Source: a virus
Strand: one strand, 5' to 3'
IMG/VR virus record: IMGVR_UViG_3300035698_008372
Span: 76,004 to 140,003 of that record
DNA: 64,000 nucleotides
In this document: one piece after another, positions 30,125-41,425 of the stretch
Numbering within the stretch: the first letter of the stretch is position 1
How the letters are laid out: each line of letters opens with the position of its first letter
Made by a program: the position numbers and the translations under genes
Notes under the pieces: generated by a model
Databases searched by the model: none
What the model was told of the DNA's origin: nothing
Seen by the model: only the letters and a program-made list of their open reading frames with translations

Positions 30125-31061
30125 TGTGGCATTTTTCACAGAAAACGGATTCGTAGGAGAAGTTCCTAGAAATCACAGTAACATGCGAACGGAATATTCA
30201 TGAATGGTTGCCACTAGAGCAACACATTACAACATTCACGGGCCGTATGATCCAATTGCAACCTATGATTTGGGCATAGTAATTGTACCCAAAAACAATC
30301 CACAGGTGGATATGGACAGGATACGGGCAGTATGTGATAAGGTGACCATAATGCAAGAGGGCCCATCAACATTTTGGCAGGATTATTCAGTGCCAAATCA
30401 AATCCATTTCTTCAATACATTGACTGAAGCCGATTTCCTATTATGTCATAACAAACAGGACCAATTATACTACAATGGGTTGACAGGCAAGGATACGTTT
30501 GTCATGAAGTCTCTAATGATACCCGACGCGATTATGACAACGAGCCCGCGGGAACCTACCAATTCGGTCATGTTGGGGGGCAATTGGACAAGTTGGTATT
30601 CGGGTGTGGATTCCTATATACTGGGACAAGTATTCACTCCAGAGTATGAACTGTATGCTCCATCTATGGGTAGGAAAAAAGAAGAAGAAAATGAAATCGA
30701 AGATGTAAATTATTTCGACTATATGATGTGGCAGGAATGGATTGATTCCATAAAAAATATGAAGGTTGGGATTCACATGATGAGAATATTTGCGGCAGGG
30801 ACCTTCGCATTGAATTGCTCATATTGGGGCATACCTTGTATTGGGTATAAGGGGTTGGATACACAAGAAACGTGCCACCCGTTGACATCGGTTGATTTGG
30901 GTGATATGGAAAAGGCTGGGCACATTGCCGAAAAATTGAAAAATGATAAAGGGTTTTATGATCTGTGCTCTATGGCGACTTTAAAGCGATACGAGAAACA
31001 CTATTCAGAAGCCGCATGGTTGAAAGACTGGAAAAGTATAGAGGAGTACACAAATGGATAA
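30117..31061 (+). CDS. GT-B-like protein; in-frame TGA at 30201
   Basis: MINVAFFTE...NMRTEYS*MVA; AAGTFALNCSYWGIPCIG. Confidence 0.7.
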
Positions 31062-31257
31062 AATACCAATATCGGCAGGAAAAGAAATCGCTGAAAAATA
31101 CGGATATGATCAAATTGTCATAATTGGCAGAAGAGTTGGCGACGATGGGTTGGAGAGTGTTACTACATACGGGATTGACAAAGCACATTGTGGTGTTGCC
31201 TCTAGAATGGGTGATTACATTAAATATAGAATAATGAAATGGGAGAAAAATGGATAA
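31054..31257 (+). CDS. Small hypothetical protein
   Basis: 67-aa coupled ORF. Confidence 0.6.
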   Translation: MDKIPISAGKEIAEKYGYDQIVIIGRRVGDDGLESVTTYGIDKAHCGVASRMGDYIKYRIMKWEKNG

Positions 31258-32521
31258 TATCAGTCTCATCGTTCCATCGAGGAACAATTTAAAATACTTA
31301 AAATGGAACTATAATTCGGTTAGGGCATTGTACCCAAATGTGGAGTTTTGTGTTTTTTCAGATTTTTCAACCGATGGTACTGTTGAATGGTGTGAAGAAA
31401 TTACAGAAACGGATACGAATTTTAAGTACATTGTAAATGATGGAACGTGGTTTGGTAAGAATGCTGGCGAGCTAAGTCGCATGGGTCACACTTTGGGTTA
31501 CGATATGTTAATCGAGGACGTGGCCACCAGAGATTTTGTTATGATATGGCATGCGGACATGAGTGCATTACCCAATATGTTAGAGAATATGATGAAATAT
31601 GCCAAGAGTGGTCGGGTGATTTCAGCGACACGTATAGAACCTCCGCTACACCCGCCAGGACCCGAAAAGGAGATTGTTGACTGTGGCATCGAGCCCGAAG
31701 AGTTCAATTTGGAACTGGCACTATCAGAGAATGCCCGTTTACAGAAAAACCACGTGGATGAAACTTCAGATGGTATTTTTGCACCGTGGATAATCACAAG
31801 GGAAAATTTCTTATCTATGAATGGTCATGACCCATTATACGCCCCACAATCAAAAGAGGACAGCGACATTTTTAATAGATTCAAATTGGCCGGATTTCAG
31901 CTGATACAATCCCGTGACGCGTTTTGTTATCACATGACATGCCGTGGTAGCCGTTTTAAGGATGGTGCGAAAAGAAATCCCACTGGTGAGGTGTTTATGA
32001 AAAACCGTGAAACGGATGAATGGTTGGCGCAGAACATACGGAGCACACGCAATTTTATTCGCAAGTGGGGAACGATGGTGAGACATGATAACATGTTACA
32101 TCCGATTGTGCCACATAAATACAACATTGGATTTGTGGTGAAAAACTGTGATGCTCAACTATTAATGGGTTTGGAACCTTGGTGTGACGCCTTGTATTTG
32201 ATGGAAATGGGTGATGGGGATCGTGATATTGTCCGGAATTATATTGAATTGGAACAGAATTTTACATTATATAATTTGTCCAATAAGATTTTTGTAAACA
32301 TAGAGCCCCCTAAATCGAGAGAAGATATATTGGTGACATTTGACGCTAAAGAATTGACTTCAGAAAATATGAACATACTTGCACAGTTGCCGGATATCAT
32401 AACAGATAGCGGCGATGTGGGGGAATTCGATTTGGACCCATTTAAACTAAATATTAGAAATATGTCATATTATGAAGATACACTAATAAAGGCTGACAAG
32501 TCGGGCAAATTAAGGAGATAA
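31250..32521 (+). CDS. GT2-family glycosyltransferase
   Basis: ISLIVPSRNN, SDFSTDGT, HADM, EDSDIFNR. Confidence 0.85.
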   Translation: MDNISLIVPSRNNLKYLKWNYNSVRALYPNVEFCVFSDFSTDGTVEWCEEITETDTNFKYIVNDGTWFGKNAGELSRMGHTLGYDMLIEDVATRDFVMIWHADMSALPNMLENMMKYAKSGRVISATRIEPPLHPPGPEKEIVDCGIEPEEFNLELALSENARLQKNHVDETSDGIFAPWIITRENFLSMNGHDPLYAPQSKEDSDIFNRFKLAGFQLIQSRDAFCYHMTCRGSRFKDGAKRNPTGEVFMKNRETDEWLAQNIRSTRNFIRKWGTMVRHDNMLHPIVPHKYNIGFVVKNCDAQLLMGLEPWCDALYLMEMGDGDRDIVRNYIELEQNFTLYNLSNKIFVNIEPPKSREDILVTFDAKELTSENMNILAQLPDIITDSGDVGEFDLDPFKLNIRNMSYYEDTLIKADKSGKLRR

Positions 32522-32745
32522 TATGGATTGGTTGGAAACTCAACAAAGGGATAGGGAAACTTGCATTGGTACGATTGACGCTTATCAATATGCAAACGGA
32601 CCTTTTCCAGATAGACCGGGTAAATATTGGATATTTGCTACTGGTAGTTTTTCCAAATATTTTGATGGAAATAAATGGGAACATTCCGAATACGGATGGC
32701 ACGGATTTACGGGGTATAAATATGATGGATATGGTAGAAGAATAG

Positions 32746-33615
32746 ATGAATAGGAAAGCTATAGTAACTGGGGGTGCTGGGTTCGTGGGCACCAATCTAA
32801 TTAAGAGGTTGGTAAGCGATAATTGGAAAGTGGTATCATTGGACAACTACTGTATTGGTACTGAATCCAATCATGTAGATGACAAGAGGGTGTCATATTA
32901 TAATGTAGATTTGACTGAAACATCGGATTATGATTTTTTTATGAATGATGCCGATATCCTGTTTCATCTAGCGGCAATACCAAGAATCCAACCATCATTG
33001 AAACGGCCCAAGACCACATTGGACAACAACCATTTATCAACTGTCAATGTTTTGGAATATGCCAGAAAAAATAACATCAAAGTCATATTTTCATCTTCAT
33101 CATCAGTGGTTGGGAATGTGTTTGCAAACCCATATACGGTGTCAAAGCATAATGGTGAAAATCTATGCGGGATGTACAAACATGTTTATGGATTGGAGAT
33201 AGCGATGGCTAGGTTCTATAATGTGTATGGACCTCACATGATAGGAGATTCAGAATTTGGCACTGTGCTTGGAATATGATTGGAGCGGTACAAAAAAGGT
33301 ATGCCGCTACTGGTAACCGGGGATGGTACACAGCGGCGTGATTATACCCATGTGGAAGATATTGTTGATGGGCTGATATTAATGGCGGATAATACAGAAA
33401 TATGTGGTACATATTCTCCAATTGAACTCGGCAGGGGTGAGAATTATTCACTAAACGAATTGGTCAGATTATTTGACTGTGCTGAAGTAGAATATGTGGA
33501 CAGACCAAAGGGAGAAATGGCACATACTTTGCGGTATGATAAAGAGAATGAAATCAATGGTTTGGGTTGGAATCCGCAAAGAAATGTAAAAGATTTTATA
33601 AAAAACATGAAATAA
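32746..33615 (+). CDS. NAD-dependent epimerase/dehydratase; in-frame TGA at 33277
   Basis: GGAGFVG, SSSS, YTVSK, RFYNVYGP, VLGI*LERY, GDGTQRRDYTHVEDIV; the two track ORFs are one in-frame gene. Confidence 0.92.
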
Positions 33616-33622
33616 AGTTGTA

Positions 33623-33652
33623 TTTGGGCAAATTTGCCGATATATATATATA
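33623..33652 (+). promoter_or_regulatory. Putative phage middle/late promoter
   Basis: TTTGGGCA...TATATATATATA upstream of ugd. Confidence 0.55.
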
Positions 33653-33669
33653 AAAAGGGAATCAAGGTT

Positions 33670-34587
33670 ATGGAATACAAAATAGGTGTTATAGGTATGG
33701 GGTTTGTAGGGACCGCCGTGCGAGAAGGATTGGTAAATCATTACCCAATTCATACTTCAGATTTAAATCCAAAAGTAAATGAGTGGAATGGTAATGATAA
33801 CCATTTAGTATGTGCCGATAATATCCATGTATTGAATCGGTCAAATATCATATTTTTATGTGTTAATACTCCGATGAATAAGGATGGTAGCTGCAATACT
33901 GGGATACTTGAGAAAATCATTGGTGAATTTGATAATGTTGGATTTGATGAAAAGAAAATAGTGGTGGTTAAATCTACTGTTTATCCGGGATTTACGGCAA
34001 TGATGAATAAACGATTAACAAACCCGAATTTGAGTATCGTATTTAATCCAGAGTTCTTGACTGAAGCGAATTTTATTGAAGAATTTAAGAATCAAAATAG
34101 GATCGTATTGGGTGGACCCGAAGAATCAGTTAATTTTGTGGTGGATATGTATCAAAAAATATTTCCAGATGTTGATCGTTGGGAAACTGGAATATTTTCA
34201 CCGTGTGCTCATTACTTGTGTACGGATTCCACAACCGCTGAAATGGTGAAATATTCAGCCAATTCGTTTTTAGCGACAAAGGTATCATTTTTTAATGAAA
34301 TAAAACAGATAAGTGACAAATTAGATGTTGACTTTGTCGAATTAATCTCGTATATTGTATATGACAAAAGGATAGGAAAGTCTCATTATAATTCCCCGGG
34401 GCCCGATGGAAAACTCGGTTTCGGTGGGTCGTGTTTCCCCAAAGATTTGAATGGCCTAAAGTTTTTAGGCAAGAAATTGGGGGTGAAAACAACGATGTTA
34501 GATGCGACTTGGGAAAAGAATTTAGAGGTCAGACCCGAAAAGGATTGGGAACAATTAAAGGGTAGGGCGGTAACAAAAGATGAATAG
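33670..34587 (+). CDS. ugd: UDP-glucose 6-dehydrogenase (short form)
   Basis: GMGFVG, CVNTP, KSTV.PG, NPEFL, KYSANSFLATK, GFGGSCFPKD. Confidence 0.92.
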   Translation: MEYKIGVIGMGFVGTAVREGLVNHYPIHTSDLNPKVNEWNGNDNHLVCADNIHVLNRSNIIFLCVNTPMNKDGSCNTGILEKIIGEFDNVGFDEKKIVVVKSTVYPGFTAMMNKRLTNPNLSIVFNPEFLTEANFIEEFKNQNRIVLGGPEESVNFVVDMYQKIFPDVDRWETGIFSPCAHYLCTDSTTAEMVKYSANSFLATKVSFFNEIKQISDKLDVDFVELISYIVYDKRIGKSHYNSPGPDGKLGFGGSCFPKDLNGLKFLGKKLGVKTTMLDATWEKNLEVRPEKDWEQLKGRAVTKDE

Positions 34588-34675
34588 TATAGGGATTGGG
34601 ACAGTAAATTCAAAAGCAAAATTAGTAATAGGATATTCCACAGGGGATACCGAACAAAAATCGAAAAGGAACGCA

Positions 34676-35560
34676 ATGGAAACGCCGGAAATTAAAACGT
34701 GTCAATATGCTGTACTACCAGATGGGGTATTTCAGCCAACGAGTACAACCATTGAAACGATACCTCCAGGTATCTATCAAGGTGATGAGAACAATGGTGC
34801 AATAATCATGCAGCTTAAAGAGCAAAATATCGGGGACTTGATTATTTTTGAGGACAGTATGACCGACATGATCATTCAGGAATTTGATAAATTTTGGGAA
34901 CTTCAGGAAAAATATGAAGAAATGGGTGAAATTCACAAAAGGGGTTATCTGCTTCATGGACCTCCCGGTGGTGGAAAAACTTCATTGATTGAAATTATCA
35001 AGAGCAAGTTCGTCTCAGAAGGTAACATCGTTATCGAATTTAACCACTACACAATGCAACTTGTTAAAGCTATCAAATCCATTGAACCAAACCGTAGGGT
35101 TATGGTAACAATCGAGGATATTGACGCTTGGGCAAAGGGCTCCAATGAAAGTACAATCTTGAACTTTCTCGATGGTGATCAAGATTTTAACAACATCGTA
35201 GTATTGGCAACAACCAACTACATCGAACAACTTCCAGATAGAATCGTAAACAGACCTTCAAGGTTTGACAGGGTTGAATTCGTAGGATTCCCCAACTCAG
35301 ATGAACGTGAAGTGTATCTCCAGAAAAAATCAAAATTCATTTCTGAAGACATGAAACAATGGGTGGACACGACTGAGAACTGGACATTTGCACACATCAA
35401 GGAATTGCTGTTGGCAACTGAAGTCTATGATATCCCTTTTGCGGATACTGTAGCACGAATCAATGTCATGCGTAGAAAAGAAGCTCATTCAGATGACTAT
35501 TTGAATCAACTGCGTGGAGAAAAAGAAAAAGCCGGACTGGGGTTTGGTGGCAATAAATAA
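34676..35560 (+). CDS. AAA+ ATPase
   Basis: RGYLLHGPPGGGKT, IEDID, ATTN, RPSRFD. Confidence 0.88.
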   Translation: METPEIKTCQYAVLPDGVFQPTSTTIETIPPGIYQGDENNGAIIMQLKEQNIGDLIIFEDSMTDMIIQEFDKFWELQEKYEEMGEIHKRGYLLHGPPGGGKTSLIEIIKSKFVSEGNIVIEFNHYTMQLVKAIKSIEPNRRVMVTIEDIDAWAKGSNESTILNFLDGDQDFNNIVVLATTNYIEQLPDRIVNRPSRFDRVEFVGFPNSDEREVYLQKKSKFISEDMKQWVDTTENWTFAHIKELLLATEVYDIPFADTVARINVMRRKEAHSDDYLNQLRGEKEKAGLGFGGNK

Positions 35561-35561
35561 T

Positions 35562-36209
35562 ATGCGTTACGCATTTCTCATCCCAATAGGCGATTCCATA
35601 TCTGGAAAGCTCATCCCCCAACTCCTGAATCTCCAGGATTATACAAAACAGGTGGATGGTAAGATTTTTACAATCGCAAATAGAACACATGTTGACGCAC
35701 GAAACTGGCTGGCAACAGCCGGTGGCGGGTTCAAGAATCCAACTAACCTAATTGATCAATGCGAATGGTTAGTGTGGTTGGATTCAGATCAACAGTTCAA
35801 TCTTGGACAGATTAAGATGTTATTGGACAGACCTGAAAAATTTGTAAGTGGGTGGTATATCAAAGACCACGCTGGGCAAAGAAGTCCCCAAGCTATGGTT
35901 GCCCATTGGGATGAGGAATATTTCAAAAAGAATGGTTCAATGCAATTCTTACATGAAGATGAATTGATTGGGAAAAAAGACCCAATTGAAGTTTCGTATG
36001 TGGGGTTTGGATTCGTGAAAATACATACTTCCATTCTAAAAGAAATGGAATACCCATATTTCAGACAACACGTTCAACACATCGGTGGGTACAAAGATAA
36101 TTCAAGCGAGGATGTATCATTCTGCTTGGATGCATACGAAGCGACTGGTATCAAACCACTTGTCATTCCACAACTAAAAATAGGACATTTAAAGGAGATA
36201 ATAATCTAA
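35562..36209 (+). CDS. GT-A-like protein
   Basis: WLDSD, VSGWY, GFGFV, SEDVSFC, KIGH. Confidence 0.7.
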   Translation: MRYAFLIPIGDSISGKLIPQLLNLQDYTKQVDGKIFTIANRTHVDARNWLATAGGGFKNPTNLIDQCEWLVWLDSDQQFNLGQIKMLLDRPEKFVSGWYIKDHAGQRSPQAMVAHWDEEYFKKNGSMQFLHEDELIGKKDPIEVSYVGFGFVKIHTSILKEMEYPYFRQHVQHIGGYKDNSSEDVSFCLDAYEATGIKPLVIPQLKIGHLKEIII

Positions 36210-36730
36210 TGTCAGAATTATTAATAGGCGCAGGACATCGTAGAAAGAAATTTATGCCAATCGGTTCAACGTGGTCCGAGTTGACAACACTTGACATTAA
36301 TCCACTGTGTAAACCCGATGTAGTGCATGATTTAAACGACTTGCCATATCCATTTGGGAATGAACAATTTGATGAAATACATGCATACGAAGTATTAGAA
36401 CATTGTGGTACTCAAGGCGATTTTAAATTCTTTTTTGGTCAATTTGATGAATTTTACAGAATACTAAAGCCAAATGGGATTATATATGGCAGCGTTCCAA
36501 CATGGAATTCCAGATGGGCATTTGCAGACCCTGGACATACTCGCATAATAACACCGGACACATTAAGTTTTTTATCACAGGATATGTATGTGATAAATCA
36601 AGAACAGCCTACCAGTGATTATAGAGAATGGTATGATAGTAATTTTAAATTAATTTTTAATAAAACGGAAGGTGCAACTTATATATTTGGACTTAGAAAA
36701 ATTGGACACTTGAAGGAGATAATAATCTAA
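36209..36730 (+). CDS. SAM methyltransferase (type 11-like)
   Basis: IGAG, PDVVHDL, EVLEH, RILKPNG, DPGH. Confidence 0.85.
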   Translation: MSELLIGAGHRRKKFMPIGSTWSELTTLDINPLCKPDVVHDLNDLPYPFGNEQFDEIHAYEVLEHCGTQGDFKFFFGQFDEFYRILKPNGIIYGSVPTWNSRWAFADPGHTRIITPDTLSFLSQDMYVINQEQPTSDYREWYDSNFKLIFNKTEGATYIFGLRKIGHLKEIII

Positions 36731-36945
36731 TGGGATTTTTTGATGGAGTTAAGTACGCTGGCTGGAGAGTTGGTCAGTCAATAAAAGAGACATGGGACGA
36801 TATTGGAAAACCGCGTAAGTTCAATGACTATTGTGACGACTGCGGACGTGAAACCGAGCATGTTATTAGCGAGGAATTTTACGGAACTGGGTCGGATACA
36901 TACCAAATATGTCAAAAGTGTGGCAAAAAATCATCAGCTTATTAA
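36730..36945 (+). CDS. Small Zn-ribbon protein
   Basis: CDDC...CQKC. Confidence 0.6.
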   Translation: MGFFDGVKYAGWRVGQSIKETWDDIGKPRKFNDYCDDCGRETEHVISEEFYGTGSDTYQICQKCGKKSSAY

Positions 36946-36961
36946 GATGGGTAGGGGTATA

Positions 36962-37651
36962 ATGAAAACCACATACGAAAATATAATGGCACCCGGACAG
37001 GGTGTTGTATCATTGGTTGATTTTATGGGGAACGATTTGAGTGTGGTTAATGCCGCACGTGTGTCATTCGGCAAACGCGCTGATTTATTGAACAAAAAGG
37101 ACAAGGTACTGATTAAGTATTTGGCCGAAAACAGACATACTTCACCATTTGAACATGTAACATTTACATTCCATATTAAGTGTCCACTATTCATTGCAAG
37201 ACAATGGCACAGACACAGGACATGGTCATATAATGAGGTTAGCCGCCGGTACACATCAGAGAATATTGAATTTTTCGTACCAACTAAGCTCAGACTGCAA
37301 GACAATACGAATAATTTTCAGGGTAGTGCCGGATTATTGTCTGAGGTCGAGGCGGAAATCCTTTCAGTAAGTATGGTAAATAATTGTAAACAATCCGTGG
37401 GATTATATGAAGAAATGTTAGATAGGGGTGTAGCTAGGGAACAGGCTAGAATGATACTCCCACAAAATATGTACACCGAATTCTACGCTACAGTGAATCT
37501 ATGGAATTTGGCACACTTCTTAGAATTGAGAATGGATGAACATGCACAACTAGAAATCCAGCAGTATGCTGGAACATTATATGAAATTGCAAAAGATGTA
37601 GCCCCAATATCGGTTGAAGCCCTATTGGGAAAAACAATAAATAAGGGGTAA
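36962..37651 (+). CDS. thyX: Flavin-dependent thymidylate synthase
   Basis: NAARVS, HTSPFEH, RQWHRHRTWSYNEVSRRY, REQAR, HAQ.EI. Confidence 0.95.
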   Translation: MKTTYENIMAPGQGVVSLVDFMGNDLSVVNAARVSFGKRADLLNKKDKVLIKYLAENRHTSPFEHVTFTFHIKCPLFIARQWHRHRTWSYNEVSRRYTSENIEFFVPTKLRLQDNTNNFQGSAGLLSEVEAEILSVSMVNNCKQSVGLYEEMLDRGVAREQARMILPQNMYTEFYATVNLWNLAHFLELRMDEHAQLEIQQYAGTLYEIAKDVAPISVEALLGKTINKG

Positions 37652-37653
37652 TT

Positions 37654-38286
37654 ATGTACACAAGAGTTGTTACAATGGAACGTGGGAATAAAAAAATTAA
37701 ATTGGTGGGTTGCGTTCACATTGCACCACAGTCATATTTTGACAAATTACAACATGAGTTGGAAGAGGGATTGGTACTATTTGAATCGACTTCTTCAAAA
37801 AATGGTGAGAACGAGCAATTAAGTAATTTGAAAACCGTATATGGTATATTCAGTGAAATTACGGGATTGATGTTCCAAAAGGATGCACTAGATTATTCCA
37901 ATCCAGAATGGGTTAATTCGGACTTATCCATTGAAATATTGGAATCATCCAATGAAAAATTTAAAGTGATGTCCACTGAAAAGGTGAGTGACGCCGTGGA
38001 AATGTTGGAAAATCTGGGTGAAGAGGGCAAGGAACGGATTGCTAGTGTATTCAAGTGGTTCCTAAAATTGATACCAATTATGAGGGGAATTGTTCCATCA
38101 CGTCTGGGTCCAACTATTATCGGCCTGCGCAATGATAAGGTGATTATTGATACATTCGAACAAATGATAGATCACGATTTTATTACAATTGCATACGGTG
38201 AGGGTCACATCAAAGATTTCATCAAAAAATTTAAGAAATTCAAATTTAAAGTGACTGAAGTTCGCAAGATTATGGTGATGGATTAA
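37654..38286 (+). CDS. Hypothetical protein (TraB/Tiki-like motifs)
   Basis: VG.VH, VLFE, RND, YGEGH. Confidence 0.5.
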   Translation: MYTRVVTMERGNKKIKLVGCVHIAPQSYFDKLQHELEEGLVLFESTSSKNGENEQLSNLKTVYGIFSEITGLMFQKDALDYSNPEWVNSDLSIEILESSNEKFKVMSTEKVSDAVEMLENLGEEGKERIASVFKWFLKLIPIMRGIVPSRLGPTIIGLRNDKVIIDTFEQMIDHDFITIAYGEGHIKDFIKKFKKFKFKVTEVRKIMVMD

Positions 38287-38903
38287 TGGCCGAAAGTAAG
38301 GAAAGCATTTTGGAAGACATTCTTCGATTTGGAGAGGGATACCCAGAAACGGTATTCACTATTCCATCCGGATGTCAACACGCATATTCTGAAGAGAAGG
38401 ACGAGAAATTGGTCAAAGTGGGATTCACCAGTCAATATGGCGTGATTAATGAATATGTGTCAGAAGATGGAAAATCATTTAAAATCAACAAAATTGTGTT
38501 TCCGGATGGATTCGAAATTGATGTTGATACATTACTGGAGGGAAAGTAAATGAAACTGTACAGGGTTGAAAACAAAGCTACAACTAATGGTATGTGGACA
38601 GACAAATTTGATGGAAAATTGGTATTGGAGCACCTGTCCGATAAACGGCTGGCTGAAATGCCAATGCCCTATGATTCCATCCACAATACAGATGGTAAGG
38701 ATTGGAAAACGGCTGTAGGTAATATGGCTGATATGAGTTATTGGTTCTCCAAACAGGATGTTGAGGAAATGATGGGTTATGGGTTTGTAATGGTCGAATT
38801 TGATTCAGATGAGACTATTGAAATGGGACATCAGATTCTATACAACGGGGGCACTCGTACAAATGTAGTGGACGTTACAGATAAATTCTTGGCCAGCGTC
38901 TAA
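38286..38903 (+). CDS. Two hypothetical proteins (38286-38549, 38550-38903)
   Basis: Coupled ORFs. Confidence 0.55.
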
Positions 38904-39133
38904 TGATATTCTATTTAATACCTAAAGACCCATTGAAAGCTGACTGAGAATATGTCACAATTGGTGAGGAAAGCTTCGGTACATTCTATGCCGAAAAAGG
39001 ATTGGATGCTCTCGTTAAATCCATTGACAGGGGGTTTGAAGATCAAATTTCCATAAAGGATGAAAAGGGCAAAGTGTGGGATATTCAGAAATTTTTGGAT
39101 ATATTGGAAACTTTAAAAATACGAAAAAATTAA
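38903..39133 (+). CDS. Hypothetical protein; in-frame TGA at 38945
   Basis: TAATG-coupled start; the frame fills the gap exactly if TGA is sense (KAD*EYVTIGEESFG). Confidence 0.6.
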
Positions 39134-39142
39134 AGATTTCGC

Positions 39143-39171
39143 TTGACTTTGTCGTTTTTATCTTGTATCTT
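39143..39171 (+). promoter_or_regulatory. Early sigma70-like promoter (TTGACT-17-TATCTT, extended TG)
   Basis: One of 7 near-identical copies. Confidence 0.85.
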
Positions 39172-39196
39172 GTGATATGAAACGAAAGGAAACGAA

Positions 39197-39496
39197 ATGA
39201 AAATACAAGTTTCGACGGGTAATAACAACACCCAAACGAGCACAGATGAGAACACTACACAAATTCAGTTTGGCAAAACTGTATTATTTTTAGTGTCCGT
39301 CGCATTGACAATTGGAGCAGGGGCCACATTGGGCTTCGCCGCATCCATTCTCTTGCTGACATGGTCCCCAATGGGGCTCTTATTGACATCATTGGTGGCA
39401 TTTTTACATCTCATTATGGTATCGGCAAGTATTGTCACGATTTATTTAGTACCGTACCACTGGGTAGCATGGTACAGATTAATCAGGGGCATTTAA
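39197..39496 (+). CDS. Membrane protein
   Basis: Long hydrophobic segments. Confidence 0.6.
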   Translation: MKIQVSTGNNNTQTSTDENTTQIQFGKTVLFLVSVALTIGAGATLGFAASILLLTWSPMGLLLTSLVAFLHLIMVSASIVTIYLVPYHWVAWYRLIRGI

Positions 39497-39859
39497 TATG
39501 GGATTGATTGTTTTTGTTGTAATATCTCATGCTGGGGGAGAAGACGAGATTATGTCAATCCATTATACCAAACCTGCGGCCAAAAAGAATCTGAAAAAGA
39601 TTAAGAAATGGCCCATTTTTACGGAAGATGCTGGATTTAGTATTCAGGAGCATGAAGTAACTTAACACATAACCGAAAGGAATGCAATGAAACGCATGAA
39701 CTTTAAATGGCGTATTGAACTACGCCGAACCGAAGCCCTCGAGCGAGAAGAGGACAGAGCTAAGAGGAGCACTGCAAAGCAGATTGCCCTCATCAAAACC
39801 CGTAGGGGCGATTCCACAAAGGAATTGGCACGACTACAGGAGCCCGTGGTCATAGACTA

Positions 39860-40321
39860 ATGGACATCGGCAGTAAATCTAAATGGCCATCGCGCCAATT
39901 ATCTAATTTTGCACTATCCCCATTCATAGTCGATGGGGTTTCGTGTGCTAGTATGGAAGGATTCATACAGGCGTTGAAACGGAAAAGCCACGACATTCAG
40001 ATACATGGGTGTACATTGGTTGGAATAGGTGCAAAGAGATGGGGATCGGGTCCTAAATGGTGGAACCGACCTCCAGAAAAACAATTATGGTGGAAAGGTC
40101 AGGGGTTCCCCGCTCATGGCCGGACCCACCTCGAATTGATTGAATTGGCTCTGAGAGCTAAATTCACACAGCATAGTGGTAGTAAACGGGCTTTACTGGC
40201 CACCGGGGATGCAAAATTAACACATAGTATTGGTAGAAACTCCAATACATCATTAAAAAAATCCGATTTTTGCAGACTACTTATGCAAATTCGGACAGAA
40301 CTGCAAAAAGAGGAGCAGTAG
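39860..40321 (+). CDS. NADAR-family protein (T4 gp30.3-like)
   Basis: LSNFA..PF.VDGV.CASMEGFIQALK, ALLATG..LTHSIG. Confidence 0.8.
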   Translation: MDIGSKSKWPSRQLSNFALSPFIVDGVSCASMEGFIQALKRKSHDIQIHGCTLVGIGAKRWGSGPKWWNRPPEKQLWWKGQGFPAHGRTHLELIELALRAKFTQHSGSKRALLATGDAKLTHSIGRNSNTSLKKSDFCRLLMQIRTELQKEEQ

Positions 40322-40515
40322 AATGCCACAGTATGATTTGGAAGATTTCGAAGATTTGGAAGAAGTATCCACAGAGAAAATTAAACGGAGTGGAGCCAGA
40401 AAACCCAAGAAATCTTGGAAAGAAATCAATAAGGCGAAAGAACGTAAATTGGCTAAAAAGGTACTCACTAAAAAACGTAAAAATAGTGAGAAAATGATGA
40501 ATATTGAGGAAGACT

Positions 40516-41046
40516 ATGAATAAAACTGATACGGGTGAGGCTGCCTTTTGGATACTTTTAATTATTATGGCATTAATAATAGGATTCACTAATAGTTGTG
40601 AAAACCCCATATCGGACAACTACAATATTTCAGTCGATCCTCGATTGGATCAGGATTCAAGTGGATATTTTCATTTGACATTGGATAGGAACAGTTGGCA
40701 AACAATTCACCGATTTACAGGTCAGGTGTACCATGATGGTACTGCCGTAGAAAATGTTCGAGTAGAGTGGGAATCCGATAAGAACTGGATTTTGTCAGAT
40801 ACTATTGGTTATATTTCAACTTATAGTTATACGAGTGACCTAATATATATTGCCATTGATACTAGCTACATATACTTTGGACAGGAACAATTCATTGTGC
40901 CGATTATTAATCCAGTATCGTATTCAAATGCAGACGGTGAATTCAATATCATGTTCGCACCCGTCTTATCACAACGCGGTGATACCGCAACTGTATTCAT
41001 GAATTCACTTGATAATGGGTTACAATTTAAAGTAGTATTGGATTGA
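40516..41046 (+). CDS. Putative lipoprotein, beta-rich
   Basis: Hydrophobic N-terminal segment followed by TNSC. Confidence 0.55.
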   Translation: MNKTDTGEAAFWILLIIMALIIGFTNSCENPISDNYNISVDPRLDQDSSGYFHLTLDRNSWQTIHRFTGQVYHDGTAVENVRVEWESDKNWILSDTIGYISTYSYTSDLIYIAIDTSYIYFGQEQFIVPIINPVSYSNADGEFNIMFAPVLSQRGDTATVFMNSLDNGLQFKVVLD

Positions 41047-41047
41047 A

Positions 41048-41350
41048 ATGAAGCAATACAAACCAAATGGGCACTATTCAATATCAAGCCCAGACGTGGA
41101 CAGACACCTTTCAAACATCTTAAAGGGTCAACTCATAACTGATATTAGTCGCATGATGTCGGGTCAAAAAGATACGGAAATTGACATGCACAATCCATCT
41201 ATAGTGGATGTGATGTTAATTGTATCCAAATTAATCATTGACAGGGATCGGCACGACATTCCAATCCCAGAAGATATGGACCAGACTTATGGTAAATTGT
41301 TATCTAAAATTGTCACAAATACCATAAAAACTCTGGATAAACAAACGTAA
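41048..41350 (+). CDS. Hypothetical protein
   Basis: 100-aa ORF. Confidence 0.55.
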   Translation: MKQYKPNGHYSISSPDVDRHLSNILKGQLITDISRMMSGQKDTEIDMHNPSIVDVMLIVSKLIIDRDRHDIPIPEDMDQTYGKLLSKIVTNTIKTLDKQT

Positions 41351-41425
41351 AATTCTCCAAAATGATATTTATATACGAAAATATGTATATCAACGCAGTA
41401 TAAATTGAGAATTGGAGAACCTTAG

